NCBI GenBank assembly: GCA_902615625.1
Contig: CACMPM010000006.1
Span: forward strand, 10,173-74,172
Direction of reading: 5' to 3'
Source of the DNA: an uncultured Alphaproteobacteria bacterium
Lineage (GTDB): Bacteria; Pseudomonadota; Alphaproteobacteria; HIMB59; GCA-002718135
Length of the DNA: 64,000 nucleotides
The notes below the pieces were generated by a model, which saw nothing but the letters and a program-made list of their open reading frames with translations, did not search any database and was not told the origin of the DNA. The stretch's first letter is position 1. Every line of letters begins with the position of its first letter. The position numbers were made by a program, and so were the translations under genes. Shown here piece by piece: positions 55,141-64,000 of this stretch.

Positions 55141-55558
55141 TTAACATAAATATACCAATCAATATTGTTAATGGCAATCTTAGAAAATAAAAGGCGCTTT
55201 TATTTAATTCGTTAGAAAATATAATAATGTAGTCAAAAAATAATTGTGTTAACAAAAGCAGGATTATTAAGATAAAAATTATTAAAATATTAATATTATA
55301 AAGATTTAATATTATAATAATAACTGAGAACAGGCTTGGTAGAAAACCATAAATTACAATATGTATAGGTGGATTATTTTTTAAATTCCAGTTAATTGAT
55401 CCGATAAAAACTATAATTATTAAACTGTAATAAGTGATAAAATTTAATAAAATCTCTTCTTTAATTTTCAAAAAATAATATTTATCTAAAAATACTATAG
55501 CGTATGGTATTAATCCAAAATATGAAATTAGGAATTGTATATTAATTTTTTTGAACAT
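55127..55558 (-). CDS. Small polytopic membrane protein (DUF3429-like)
   Basis: 143 aa with 4 hydrophobic helices. The family assignment is tentative. Confidence 0.55.
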   Translation of the reverse strand: MFKKINIQFLISYFGLIPYAIVFLDKYYFLKIKEEILLNFITYYSLIIIVFIGSINWNLKNNPPIHIVIYGFLPSLFSVIIIILNLYNINILIIFILIILLLLTQLFFDYIIIFSNELNKSAFYFLRLPLTILIGIFMLIILS

Positions 55559-55563
55559 TTATT

Positions 55564-56439
55564 ATGGTTAAAAATAGTATCATTTTAGAAATAGAGAAAC
55601 TTTTAGATAATAAAAAAATTTTAGATTACAACATTTTATCTAACTCTTTTGGAATAAATTGTTTGAAAATTGATACAGACAATAAAGAAAGATACATTGT
55701 AAAATATTATTACAAAAAACAGGGTAGATTCAATGCAATAAAATCTGAAGCTGATAATATTCATTTTTTAAATAGTCATAAGTTCAATTTTTTTCCAAAA
55801 ATCATTAAAAATAATAATAAATTTCTTATAATGTCATTCATAGATAACAATAATAATCTGCCAATTAAGACTGATGATGATTTAATAGGTGCTATAATTT
55901 CACTTCATTCTAAAAGGAGTGATAATTATGGATTTAATTTTGATACTCAAATTGGTGGATTAAAGCAGTCAAATTCTACCTCAAAAAATTGGGTAGAATT
56001 CTACAGAGACAAAAGATTGCATTACATATTTGATTTAATTAATAAAAATCAACCAATGGATAAAACTATAAATACTAAAATTGAACTATTATTAAAAAAA
56101 ATAGATAATTTCATTCCCGACAAACCAAAACCATCACTGCTACATGGTGATTTATGGGAAGGAAATATGCTTTTCAAAAATAAAAAGTTTTCAGGTTTTA
56201 TTGACCCAGGATCTTTTTATGGTCATAATGAGTTAGAAGTATCCTATTTGAGATGGTTTAATCCTAAATTTATTGATAGGAATTTTTTAGATAAATATAA
56301 TGATCATATTAGTATTGATAAGTATTACGTAAATTATGAACCAATTTATCAATTGTATTATTCATTATTAAACGTCTATTTATGGGACAGAAGCTATATT
56401 GAAAATGTTCGAGGGTTATTAGATAAAATTAAAATATAA
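55564..56439 (+). CDS. Fructosamine/ketosamine-3-kinase family protein
   Basis: 291 aa with LLHGDLWEGNM and the DPGSFYGHNE motif of the fructosamine kinase family. Confidence 0.85.
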   Translation: MVKNSIILEIEKLLDNKKILDYNILSNSFGINCLKIDTDNKERYIVKYYYKKQGRFNAIKSEADNIHFLNSHKFNFFPKIIKNNNKFLIMSFIDNNNNLPIKTDDDLIGAIISLHSKRSDNYGFNFDTQIGGLKQSNSTSKNWVEFYRDKRLHYIFDLINKNQPMDKTINTKIELLLKKIDNFIPDKPKPSLLHGDLWEGNMLFKNKKFSGFIDPGSFYGHNELEVSYLRWFNPKFIDRNFLDKYNDHISIDKYYVNYEPIYQLYYSLLNVYLWDRSYIENVRGLLDKIKI

Positions 56440-56443
56440 AAGA

Positions 56444-57496
56444 TTACACACAAGGGTTGGGATCAGATAAGTGTATGTCTTCAATTTCTTTTAATAATTC
56501 ATTTGACAGTGAAATATCGATGCTATCTATATTCTCTTTAAGTTGATCCATTGTTGTAGCGCCAATTATATTACTCGTAACAAATGGACGATCATTCACA
56601 AAAGCATTCGCGAAAGTGGAAGGGGCGATATTATGTTTTTGAGCAAGTTTAAAATATTTTACAATTGCTCTTTCTCCTCTTTCGGTATGATGTCTAGAAA
56701 ATCTTCGTGGCCAAAGGGTGTATCTAGCTTTTTGAGGATTTTTTCCGCCAATATATTTACCGCTTAATCTACCGCCTGCTAAAGGTGAGTAAGCAAGTAA
56801 ACCACAACATTCTCGGATAGAAACTTCCGAATTATGAATATCAAATACACGGTTAACCAGACTATAAACATTCTGTATTGACACCATACGAGGAAGATTT
56901 TTTTCCTTAGAAATTTGGAGATATTTCATAACACCCCAAGGCGTTTCGTTTGACAAGCCGGCGTATCTAATCTTACCTGCCTTAACAAGCTGATCTAGAT
57001 TATATAAAACCTCTTCTACTGTAGTCCAATCATTATCACTAGCATCATACTCAAAGTCTAAAACTCCAAACTTTGGTACTTTTCTTTCAGGCCAATGAAG
57101 TTGGTATAAATCAATATAATCAGTCTTTAATCTTTTAAGACTTTCATCCACTGCAGCACTCATATTCTTTTTATCAAAACCAAGATTTTTAGCTCCTTCT
57201 CTAATCCACTCTAGACCATCTGATTTTGATGCGATTTTTGATGCTAAAATTATTTTATCTCTATTTTTTTTTTCATGAAACCAGTTGCCAACTATTTCTT
57301 CAGTTTTTCCATAAGTTTCTTTGCGGGGCATTACAGCATACAATTCTGCGGTGTCAAAAAAATTTACTCCTCTTTCAACAGCATAATTCATTTGATCAAA
57401 ACCATCTTGTTGGCTATTTTGTTCACCAAATGTCATGGTGCCTAAACAAATCACGCTTACATCAATATCTGTATTTCCTAGTTTTCTATATTTCAT
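56444..57496 (-). CDS. Aldo/keto reductase (Tas-like, NADP-dependent)
   Basis: 350 aa with LGTMTFG, FDTAELY and IDLYQLHWP motifs. Confidence 0.9.
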   Translation of the reverse strand: MKYRKLGNTDIDVSVICLGTMTFGEQNSQQDGFDQMNYAVERGVNFFDTAELYAVMPRKETYGKTEEIVGNWFHEKKNRDKIILASKIASKSDGLEWIREGAKNLGFDKKNMSAAVDESLKRLKTDYIDLYQLHWPERKVPKFGVLDFEYDASDNDWTTVEEVLYNLDQLVKAGKIRYAGLSNETPWGVMKYLQISKEKNLPRMVSIQNVYSLVNRVFDIHNSEVSIRECCGLLAYSPLAGGRLSGKYIGGKNPQKARYTLWPRRFSRHHTERGERAIVKYFKLAQKHNIAPSTFANAFVNDRPFVTSNIIGATTMDQLKENIDSIDISLSNELLKEIEDIHLSDPNPCV

Positions 57497-57566
57497 ACTA
57501 TTTTTATAAAATGCCTTGAAATTGTCGGATTTATAGCGATATTAATAATAATTAAAAGGAGAAATT

Positions 57567-58319
57567 ATGGCTTTAGACTTTAATCAACGATCTTATACTA
57601 AATCAGTAGATCAAGCGGCAATTGATGAAGGCTTGAGAGCGTATATGCTTAAAGTTTACAATTATATGACAATTGGCTTATTGCTTACTGGTTTTATTGC
57701 TTACTTTTTTGGAAAAGCATCAATAGTTACTAATGAGATGGGGCAAATTGTTGGAGTAACTCAGGTAGGAGCATTACTTTTTGGGTCTCCTCTTAAATGG
57801 GTGGTTATGCTAGCACCTTTAGGATTCGTTTTTTATTTAAGTGCGAGAATTAACAAAATGTCAGTTTCAGCCGCACAAATTACTTTTTGGCTTTTTGCAA
57901 GTATAATGGGTTTATCTCTTGCATCAGTATTTATAGAATTTACTCAAACTTCTATAGCAAGAGTGTTTTTCATTACTGCAAGTACTTTCGGAGCAATGAG
58001 CTTATACGGCTATACTACAAAAAGAGATCTAACAAAACTTGGGGGTTTTTTGTTCATGGGTCTAATTGGTATTATTATAGCAAGTGTAGTAAATATTTTC
58101 GTTGGATCAACAGCCTTACAATTTGCAATCTCAGTTATTGGTGTTTTAGTATTTGTTGGTTTAACAGCCTACGATACTCAAAATATCAAAAATATGTATT
58201 ATGGTGGTGATAGCGAGGAAATAGGTTCTAAAAAAGCATTAATGGGTGCCTTAAAGTTATACCTAGATTTCATTAATCTATTCATTTTATTGCTACAATT
58301 ATTTGGCCAAAGAAGATAA
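57567..58319 (+). CDS. Bax inhibitor-1 / YccA family membrane protein
   Basis: 250 aa with 7 TM helices. It has an LRAYMLKVYNYM N-terminal motif and the C-terminal LYLDFINLF. Confidence 0.9.
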   Translation: MALDFNQRSYTKSVDQAAIDEGLRAYMLKVYNYMTIGLLLTGFIAYFFGKASIVTNEMGQIVGVTQVGALLFGSPLKWVVMLAPLGFVFYLSARINKMSVSAAQITFWLFASIMGLSLASVFIEFTQTSIARVFFITASTFGAMSLYGYTTKRDLTKLGGFLFMGLIGIIIASVVNIFVGSTALQFAISVIGVLVFVGLTAYDTQNIKNMYYGGDSEEIGSKKALMGALKLYLDFINLFILLLQLFGQRR

Positions 58320-58350
58320 TTCTTTTAAATCCAAAATATCTTTTTATTAT

Positions 58351-58379
58351 ACCCAGTCTATAAAAGACTGGGTTTTTTT
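58351..58379 (+). terminator. Rho-independent terminator-like hairpin whose U tract runs directly into the next start codon
   Basis: ACCCAGUCU-AUAAA-AGACUGGGU followed by U7, then A of the ATG at 58380. Confidence 0.75.
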
Positions 58380-60185
58380 ATGTCTAACTTAGAAAATAAA
58401 CTTAAGAAAGTAGTTAACACCTTTAACAACATAAATAAGGAACAAGGCTATAGAGATATAAAAAAATTATCTGAAAAATATAAGAAGAATATAAAAGTTC
58501 TAAATGTATTATCACAGATATCCCAAAAGATGGGTGATATAGATACAGCATTAAATTCTTTAAAAAAAATTTTATTAATTGAAAATGATAATGTCGCTTT
58601 TCTTTCTAAAATTTATAAATTATTTTTAATCAAATCTTCATGGAATGAAGCTTTAGACTATATTGATACAATTTTAAGAATAGATAAGGAACATTATGAA
58701 GCAATGCGCGATAAAGCTTATATTTATTTTTTAAAAAATGATTTTGTTAATGCAAAAAAATACATAGATGAAATTTCAAAAATAAAAAATGATGATTTCT
58801 TTGCCTATAATATTAAAGGGTTAATATATTTAAAAAATAATATTTTGTATGAAGCAAAAGATTATTTTGAGCACGCAATTGAAATAAATAATAAACATGT
58901 TGATAGTTACAATAATTTAGGTGTTTGTTTGCTCGAATCAGAGAAATTAAATGAAGCGTACAAAATATTTAAAGACGCTTATGAAATAGACCCCAATAAT
59001 ACTAAAACTCTTTTAAATTTAGGTAATGTTTTAAGTCTTCAAGATAATATTTTAGAAGCTATAGAAATTTACAGTAATGCTTTAAATTTGTCTCCTAATA
59101 ATCAAGAAATTTTATCTAATATAGCAATATGTTATTGCAGAGAAAATAAAGAAAAAGAAGCTAAAATTTACTATGATAAAGCTATAAAAATTAATCCATA
59201 TGATTATAAATTAAAATATGCCTATTGTACTTTACAGTTAAAAATAAATAATTTTACCAGATCATGGGACTTGTTTGATTCAAGATTATTGATTGAAAAA
59301 AATAAGGCTAAATTAAATAATTTTGAATTAGTTAAGAATAATCTATTTGAGAATTTAAAAATTAATCCAGAAAATAAAATACTAATTTTAAGAGAGCAAG
59401 GAATTGGTGAAGAAATTTTATTTAGCTCTGTGTATCAAGAGTCCATCGATAAATTTAAAGATATTAAAATTGAAGCTGATAAAAGACTGGTATCGGTATT
59501 TAATCGATCATTTAAAAAAAATATATTTGTTGAAGATGGATATTATTCAAAAAATTCAAAGATATCTGAATTTGATAATGTAGTATATGCTGGAAGTATA
59601 ATCAAATTTTTTAGAAAAAGAAAAAGTGATTTTACTAATAGTAATTATTTAATAGCTAGAGATGATATTATTGATAAATACAAAGAAAAATTATCTAATT
59701 ACAAAGAAAAACTAAAAGTAGGTATTTCATGGAAAAGTATAATAAATATTTATGGAAATTTAAAATCATTATCTATCAAAGATTTTGAGCCATTATTTAC
59801 TAGTGACAGACTTATTATAAACTTACAATATGGAAATGTTGAAAAAGACAAAGAATATTTATCAAGTCAGAATAAAAATTTGAAAATTTTTAATGAATTA
59901 GACTTATACAATGATATTGAGGCTTGTATGGGTTTACTAAAAAACTTAGATTTATTTATAACAGTTAGTAACTCTACAGCTCATTTTGCTGGAGCTCTAG
60001 GCGTACCCACGATATTAATATGTCCTAAAAAATCATCTACGTATTACTATTGGAATACTAATAGTGGATCATCAATATGGTATAAAAATATAAAAGTTTT
60101 AGGAGTAGATAGTTCAATAAATAAAACTGTAGAGCAAATAAACAACATTGTAGAAAAGAATGATGAATTTAATTTCTCAAATTAA
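58380..60185 (+). CDS. TPR-repeat / GT9-like (heptosyltransferase-fold) glycosyltransferase fusion protein, paralog 1
   Basis: 601 aa. The N-terminal ~290 aa are TPR repeats. The C-terminal half carries ILREQGIGEEILFSS and VSNSTAHFAGALGVPT, which resemble GT9 signatures. Confidence 0.7.
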   Translation: MSNLENKLKKVVNTFNNINKEQGYRDIKKLSEKYKKNIKVLNVLSQISQKMGDIDTALNSLKKILLIENDNVAFLSKIYKLFLIKSSWNEALDYIDTILRIDKEHYEAMRDKAYIYFLKNDFVNAKKYIDEISKIKNDDFFAYNIKGLIYLKNNILYEAKDYFEHAIEINNKHVDSYNNLGVCLLESEKLNEAYKIFKDAYEIDPNNTKTLLNLGNVLSLQDNILEAIEIYSNALNLSPNNQEILSNIAICYCRENKEKEAKIYYDKAIKINPYDYKLKYAYCTLQLKINNFTRSWDLFDSRLLIEKNKAKLNNFELVKNNLFENLKINPENKILILREQGIGEEILFSSVYQESIDKFKDIKIEADKRLVSVFNRSFKKNIFVEDGYYSKNSKISEFDNVVYAGSIIKFFRKRKSDFTNSNYLIARDDIIDKYKEKLSNYKEKLKVGISWKSIINIYGNLKSLSIKDFEPLFTSDRLIINLQYGNVEKDKEYLSSQNKNLKIFNELDLYNDIEACMGLLKNLDLFITVSNSTAHFAGALGVPTILICPKKSSTYYYWNTNSGSSIWYKNIKVLGVDSSINKTVEQINNIVEKNDEFNFSN

Positions 60186-61950
60186 TGTTATACTTAAAAA
60201 ATTTGAAACTGGTGATAAATTAGAAAGTTATAAAGAGCTTCACAAAATTTTTAAAAAAAACAAAGATAATAATTTATTACGATATAACCTAGCAGTTATT
60301 CAACAAAGTCTAAACATGAATAAAGAGGCTAGAATAAATTATAACCATCTAATAAAAAATGAAAAGAATCTGAAAGCAATGATTAATCTTTATAATTTGG
60401 ATATTACAGAAGCAAATTATTATGAAGCATTTAATACAATAGAAAGTATTTTAAAAATAAAGACAATTGAAAACGTAGTTAAAGATAAAGCTTTTGTTCT
60501 TTATAAATTAAATAGAATTGAAGAAGCAAAAGAAATTTGCATATTTTACCTAAATAAAAATAATAAAGATTTAGGTTTTCTTACTGTAATAGGTCAGTGC
60601 TTATTCCATGAAAGAAAATATGATGAAGCAATTAAAATATTTGAAAATATACTACAAATAGACTCAAAGAATCTCTCAGCATTAAACTCTTTAGCAAGAA
60701 CATATAATGAAAAAAACGAAAAAGGAAAAGCAGAAGAATACTATCTAAAAGCTCTAAAGATTGACGGTTCATCTTTTTATTTATTAAATAATATTGCAGG
60801 TTTTTATCGAGAGAATTCATCTTACGATAAAGCTATTGATTATTACAAACAAGCACTTTTAGTAAATCCAAATAATCCGTATATCTATAATAATTTGGGT
60901 AAAATCTATTTCGATTTAAACAATCATAAAAAAGCTATGGAAAATAGTTTTAAAGCTTTGAAAATGAGAAGGAATGATGGTGATATTCAAAAAACTATTT
61001 CCTTCATATATCTAAAAGATTATGATTTTGAAAATGGTTGGAGCTACTATGATGGAAGATTGGATATAGAGGATTTTAAAGAGAAAAATAATTTCATAAA
61101 GAAATTAAATAAAAAATTATACAGATCACGTAGTCTTAATAATAAAAAAGGTAAATTTCTAATTGTACGTGAACAGGGTGTAGGAGATGAAATACTATAT
61201 AGTTCTATGTATGAAGATTTTTTAAGTGATTTTGATAATACAATTATAGAGTGCGATCCTCGTTTATTAAATTTCTACAAAAGATCATTCCCAAAATATA
61301 GTACAAAATTTGTTAGACTTGGAACTATTACAAATGATGATGATGAGTTTAAAAAAATTGACAATGTAATTTATGCTGGAAGCCTAGGAAGATATTACCG
61401 TAATGATATTAAAGATTTTAAAAATAATTCTTATTTAAAAGTAGACGAAAAAAAATTAGAAGAAATGAAAAGACAATTGTCAATTTATAAGAAAAAATAC
61501 AAGATTGGACTATCATGGAAAAGTTTTAGTGATAAATTTGCCACAGATAAATCTTTAAACCTTAAAGATCTTAAAAAAATTTTTAGTCTTACTAACTGTG
61601 ATATTTTTAATTTACAATATGGTGTTCTTGAGGATGAAATAAATAGTTTCAATAATACAACTAAAAATAAACTACTTAGTATAGAGGGTTTGGATTTGAA
61701 AAATGATTTTGAAGGTATTGCTTCATTATTAAAGTCACTTGATGTTTTTATATCTGTTAGTAACAGTACTGCCCATCTTGCAGGAGCATTGGGTGTGAAA
61801 ACAATTTTGATTAAGCCAGAAAATTTTGCTGTTTTTCATTACTGGAATCAAAAAACAGAGAATACTCCATGGTATCCTTCAGTTAGACTGATTAACAAAA
61901 AAAAATTTTTAATTGATTCTAAATTTTTAAAAAATATTTTAGATACTTGA
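60160..61950 (+). CDS. TPR-repeat / GT9-like glycosyltransferase fusion protein, paralog 2
   Basis: 596 aa with the same architecture (IVREQGVGDEILYSS, VSNSTAHLAGALGVKT). It overlaps paralog 1 by 26 nt. Confidence 0.7.
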   Translation: MMNLISQINVILKKFETGDKLESYKELHKIFKKNKDNNLLRYNLAVIQQSLNMNKEARINYNHLIKNEKNLKAMINLYNLDITEANYYEAFNTIESILKIKTIENVVKDKAFVLYKLNRIEEAKEICIFYLNKNNKDLGFLTVIGQCLFHERKYDEAIKIFENILQIDSKNLSALNSLARTYNEKNEKGKAEEYYLKALKIDGSSFYLLNNIAGFYRENSSYDKAIDYYKQALLVNPNNPYIYNNLGKIYFDLNNHKKAMENSFKALKMRRNDGDIQKTISFIYLKDYDFENGWSYYDGRLDIEDFKEKNNFIKKLNKKLYRSRSLNNKKGKFLIVREQGVGDEILYSSMYEDFLSDFDNTIIECDPRLLNFYKRSFPKYSTKFVRLGTITNDDDEFKKIDNVIYAGSLGRYYRNDIKDFKNNSYLKVDEKKLEEMKRQLSIYKKKYKIGLSWKSFSDKFATDKSLNLKDLKKIFSLTNCDIFNLQYGVLEDEINSFNNTTKNKLLSIEGLDLKNDFEGIASLLKSLDVFISVSNSTAHLAGALGVKTILIKPENFAVFHYWNQKTENTPWYPSVRLINKKKFLIDSKFLKNILDT

Positions 61951-62640
61951 GTTAAATTTATTTGAAAGATATTCATCTCTTTCCAATATCCATTCTTTTG
62001 CAAATTCAACATCTTGCCATTCAGAAAACCAGGGTCCGCCTCGTGTATAATGGACTGCATAGGGCTTTTTATTATTGTGATCTGAGGTCCAACCCTCCAA
62101 CCAGTTCCATCTTTCATCTAGTGAGCCAATCTCATCATCTTGACACCATTTGAATTGATGAAGATATGCACCAGTTTCATTATTTACTTTCTCAACTGTA
62201 AGATTCTTTGTGCTTGGATGAGAACAATTGTATAGAATAAAACTAGACCAATTTTTTCTTGGATAGATTGTTTGTTTTTGTCCATCCATCTTATGTTTTT
62301 CTTTAGGGGTATAATCATGTTGAACACAATAAGCAGCTTTAGTTTCGTCAAGATTGTTTAGCAAATTTGCAACATCTCCTAAAAAAATAAAATCACAATC
62401 ACAAAAAACTGCCCACCCTTCATAATTCATAAGTTTAGGAACTAAAAATCTAGAATAGGTAAATTCTGTAGAAGCTAATGGGTCGACATTTCTAGTATAT
62501 AATTTTTTAGCTATAAGCTCCTCAAGCTTTAAAGACACAACATTTACTTTAATGCTAGATTGTTTTAAAAGTGAATGTTTACATACTCTATAGGCAATAT
62601 CTTCTTTAGAATCATACCCTATGAAGAAATTTAGTTTCAT
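61939..62640 (-). CDS. GT8-like (retaining, DxD) glycosyltransferase
   Basis: 233 aa with VFCDCDFIFLGD (DxD) and HYTRGGPWF (GT8-like H..G..KPW region). It has a convergent 12-nt overlap with TPR-GT paralog 2. Confidence 0.6.
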   Translation of the reverse strand: MKLNFFIGYDSKEDIAYRVCKHSLLKQSSIKVNVVSLKLEELIAKKLYTRNVDPLASTEFTYSRFLVPKLMNYEGWAVFCDCDFIFLGDVANLLNNLDETKAAYCVQHDYTPKEKHKMDGQKQTIYPRKNWSSFILYNCSHPSTKNLTVEKVNNETGAYLHQFKWCQDDEIGSLDERWNWLEGWTSDHNNKKPYAVHYTRGGPWFSEWQDVEFAKEWILERDEYLSNKFNSSI

Positions 62641-62641
62641 A

Positions 62642-63943
62642 TTAATAATTACTATTTCTTAACATTTTATGTGATGCCCAAACAAGCGAATTATAATTTC
62701 CAGAATTAGATAAACTACTCCACTCATCTTGAGTTTGATTAGTAATTCTGCAAATCCATGTATCTTCCACATTTGCATTTTCAGCTCTCATAATCCATGC
62801 ATCACTTTTCTGTTTATCATTATTTTCTCCAAGTTCTATCTCTGACATAAAGAAACAGATTTCTTTTGATGGATTAGCTCCAATCATACCTGAAATATTT
62901 TCCCTGGCCAAATCCCAATTTAGATTTTTTATAGCAAAATACACTAAAAGTTTTTTAGACTCCTCTGAGTTTAAATTGTTTTTAACCAAATCATTTATAA
63001 ATTTTATATCACTTAGATCATTCTGAATTAATATTTTTGTTATAATAGATCTCAGTAAAGAACTTTGATTTAAGTGCCAATACTTCTTAATTTGTTTACT
63101 TAAATTTCTTTTATCATTTAAATTTGCAAGGATCTCTAAGTGTAATTTTATATATGGAGCAAAGCTTTTCTTTAATTCAATTGCTTTAAGAATATTTTTT
63201 AAAGCATCATTTATTTCACTGTCAGATTTAATTTTTGCTATCTCGTAATATCCAATTGATTTATTTTCATTAAGATCATTTTTATTTATAATTTTATTTG
63301 AGAAGGCTTTATCTGATAATGAAATTAGTTGATTCCAATTCTTTGTTTTGGCAGCAATAAATATTAATGTTTCATAAAGCTTTTCAATATTAGGATTTAA
63401 AGAGAATAATTTTTCTCCATATAAAAAAGCATGGTGATAATCATGGTTTTTTAAGTTTTGTTCCATTAAACCCCTATAACCTAGTGTTTCTGTCTTTTTT
63501 GATTTAATCATATCTTCATAGACATTGTTAAGTTCTGGAAATTTTTTCTCTATCTTTAATACCTCAGATTTTAATAAAAGAGATAAAGACGGGTCATCTT
63601 TTAAATAAGAAGTCATTTTTTTATGGAATTTTATTGCAGATTTATTATCTTTATTCGCTACAGCAATCATTGCGTCAACAAAATGTAAGTAACCCTTTTC
63701 AATTTTATTATATTTATTTTTTAAGAAATATTTACCGATTGAAAGTCTTGATCGGAAAAATAAATAAAGCGCCAAATATAATAAAAAAACAAAAGATATA
63801 AAAACAACGGCAAATAAATTTGAAGAAAAAGAATATTTTAAATTTCCTATATCTAAGGATACAATAAATGGATTGGTAAAAATAAAAGTGAGCGCTATGA
63901 TTAATAGTAAAAACTGCAATATAAAAATTGAAAATCTATACAT
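62642..63943 (-). CDS. HemY-like (HemY N-terminal domain) membrane protein with TPR-like helical repeats
   Basis: 433 aa with two N-terminal TM helices, a long helical-repeat region and a W-rich C-terminus (WICRITNQTQDEW...LVW), as in alphaproteobacterial hemY-like genes. Confidence 0.7.
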   Translation of the reverse strand: MYRFSIFILQFLLLIIALTFIFTNPFIVSLDIGNLKYSFSSNLFAVVFISFVFLLYLALYLFFRSRLSIGKYFLKNKYNKIEKGYLHFVDAMIAVANKDNKSAIKFHKKMTSYLKDDPSLSLLLKSEVLKIEKKFPELNNVYEDMIKSKKTETLGYRGLMEQNLKNHDYHHAFLYGEKLFSLNPNIEKLYETLIFIAAKTKNWNQLISLSDKAFSNKIINKNDLNENKSIGYYEIAKIKSDSEINDALKNILKAIELKKSFAPYIKLHLEILANLNDKRNLSKQIKKYWHLNQSSLLRSIITKILIQNDLSDIKFINDLVKNNLNSEESKKLLVYFAIKNLNWDLARENISGMIGANPSKEICFFMSEIELGENNDKQKSDAWIMRAENANVEDTWICRITNQTQDEWSSLSNSGNYNSLVWASHKMLRNSNY

Positions 63944-64000
63944 TATTTAATTTTGATATTTCTGTTATAAAATTATTATAGTTATTCATTTCATTTAAAG
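63936..64000 (-). CDS. 3' end of an upstream gene (last ~20 codons only), unidentified
   Basis: The only open minus-strand frame is ...LNEMNNYNNFITEISKLNNV*, whose stop overlaps the hemY-like start by 8 nt. It is too short to identify. Confidence 0.2.
   Translation of the reverse strand, partial: LNEMNNYNNFITEISKLNNV

Noticed and set aside
57887-58210. 107-aa same-strand alternative-frame ORF inside the Bax-inhibitor gene. The same applies to 28549-28803 inside the aminopeptidase gene and 50749-50937 inside the 247-aa ORF.
   Set aside because: The translations are Tyr/Cys/Trp/Ser-rich with no family resemblance, while the host frames are clearly conserved proteins. I treat these as chance open frames.
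62642-62770. The HemY-like C-terminus WICRITNQTQDEWSSLSNSGNYNSLVW looks like a degenerate W.C..CG...W..C..CG zinc-ribbon with three of four Cys lost
   Set aside because: My memory of the Cys-containing consensus is limited to some alphaproteobacterial groups. Others also lack the cysteines, so this is probably normal family variation. It is not verifiable here.
1-64000. Scan for CRISPR arrays, IS elements or transposases, integrases, prophage genes, rRNA genes and toxin-antitoxin pairs
   Set aside because: I found no spaced direct-repeat arrays, no transposase, integrase or phage-like ORFs, no terminal inverted repeats flanking genes, and no rRNA-like conserved stretches. The tRNA-Arg is not flanked by an integrase or a repeated tRNA 3' end.

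Overview
Strongly AT-rich, very tightly packed bacterial chromosome segment. Many genes are joined by ATGA/TAATG overlaps and spacers are mostly under 100 nt. Gene content and synteny are alphaproteobacterial: sdhCDA, ffh-rpsP-rimM-trmD-rplS, dapF-mtaB-ftsY-yciB, gcrA, fdxA-carD-rpoH, ccmABCDEFGH and a hemY-like gene. The composition and compaction suggest a streamlined SAR11/Pelagibacterales-type genome; that assignment is inference, not a search result. I call about 70 CDS, including three small ORFs absent from the ORF track and a truncated sdhA at the left edge. There is one tRNA-Arg(UCG). I see no rRNA, CRISPR array, transposase, integrase or phage genes. Most of the window is core housekeeping and I found no convincing complete new multi-gene system. 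The items most worth a second look are: (1) a stand-alone 58-aa poly-lysine repeat protein with its own promoter, a structured leader and three downstream hairpins; (2) a G/C-enriched, foldable ~136-nt island upstream of sdhC that looks like an unassigned RNA gene; (3) two tandem TPR-glycosyltransferase fusion paralogs plus a GT8-like gene; (4) an ATPase-less sugar-type ABC importer next to a nucleoside-hydrolase-like gene and methylthioribose kinase; (5) a metallophosphoesterase homolog with all catalytic motifs replaced, sitting between carD and rpoH; (6) long acidic Ala/Lys/Glu tails on ribosomal proteins L19 and S16 that share identical DNA segments. Hand-derived coordinates (hairpins, repeats, small ORFs) may be off by 1-2 nt. 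No database search or folding program was run.
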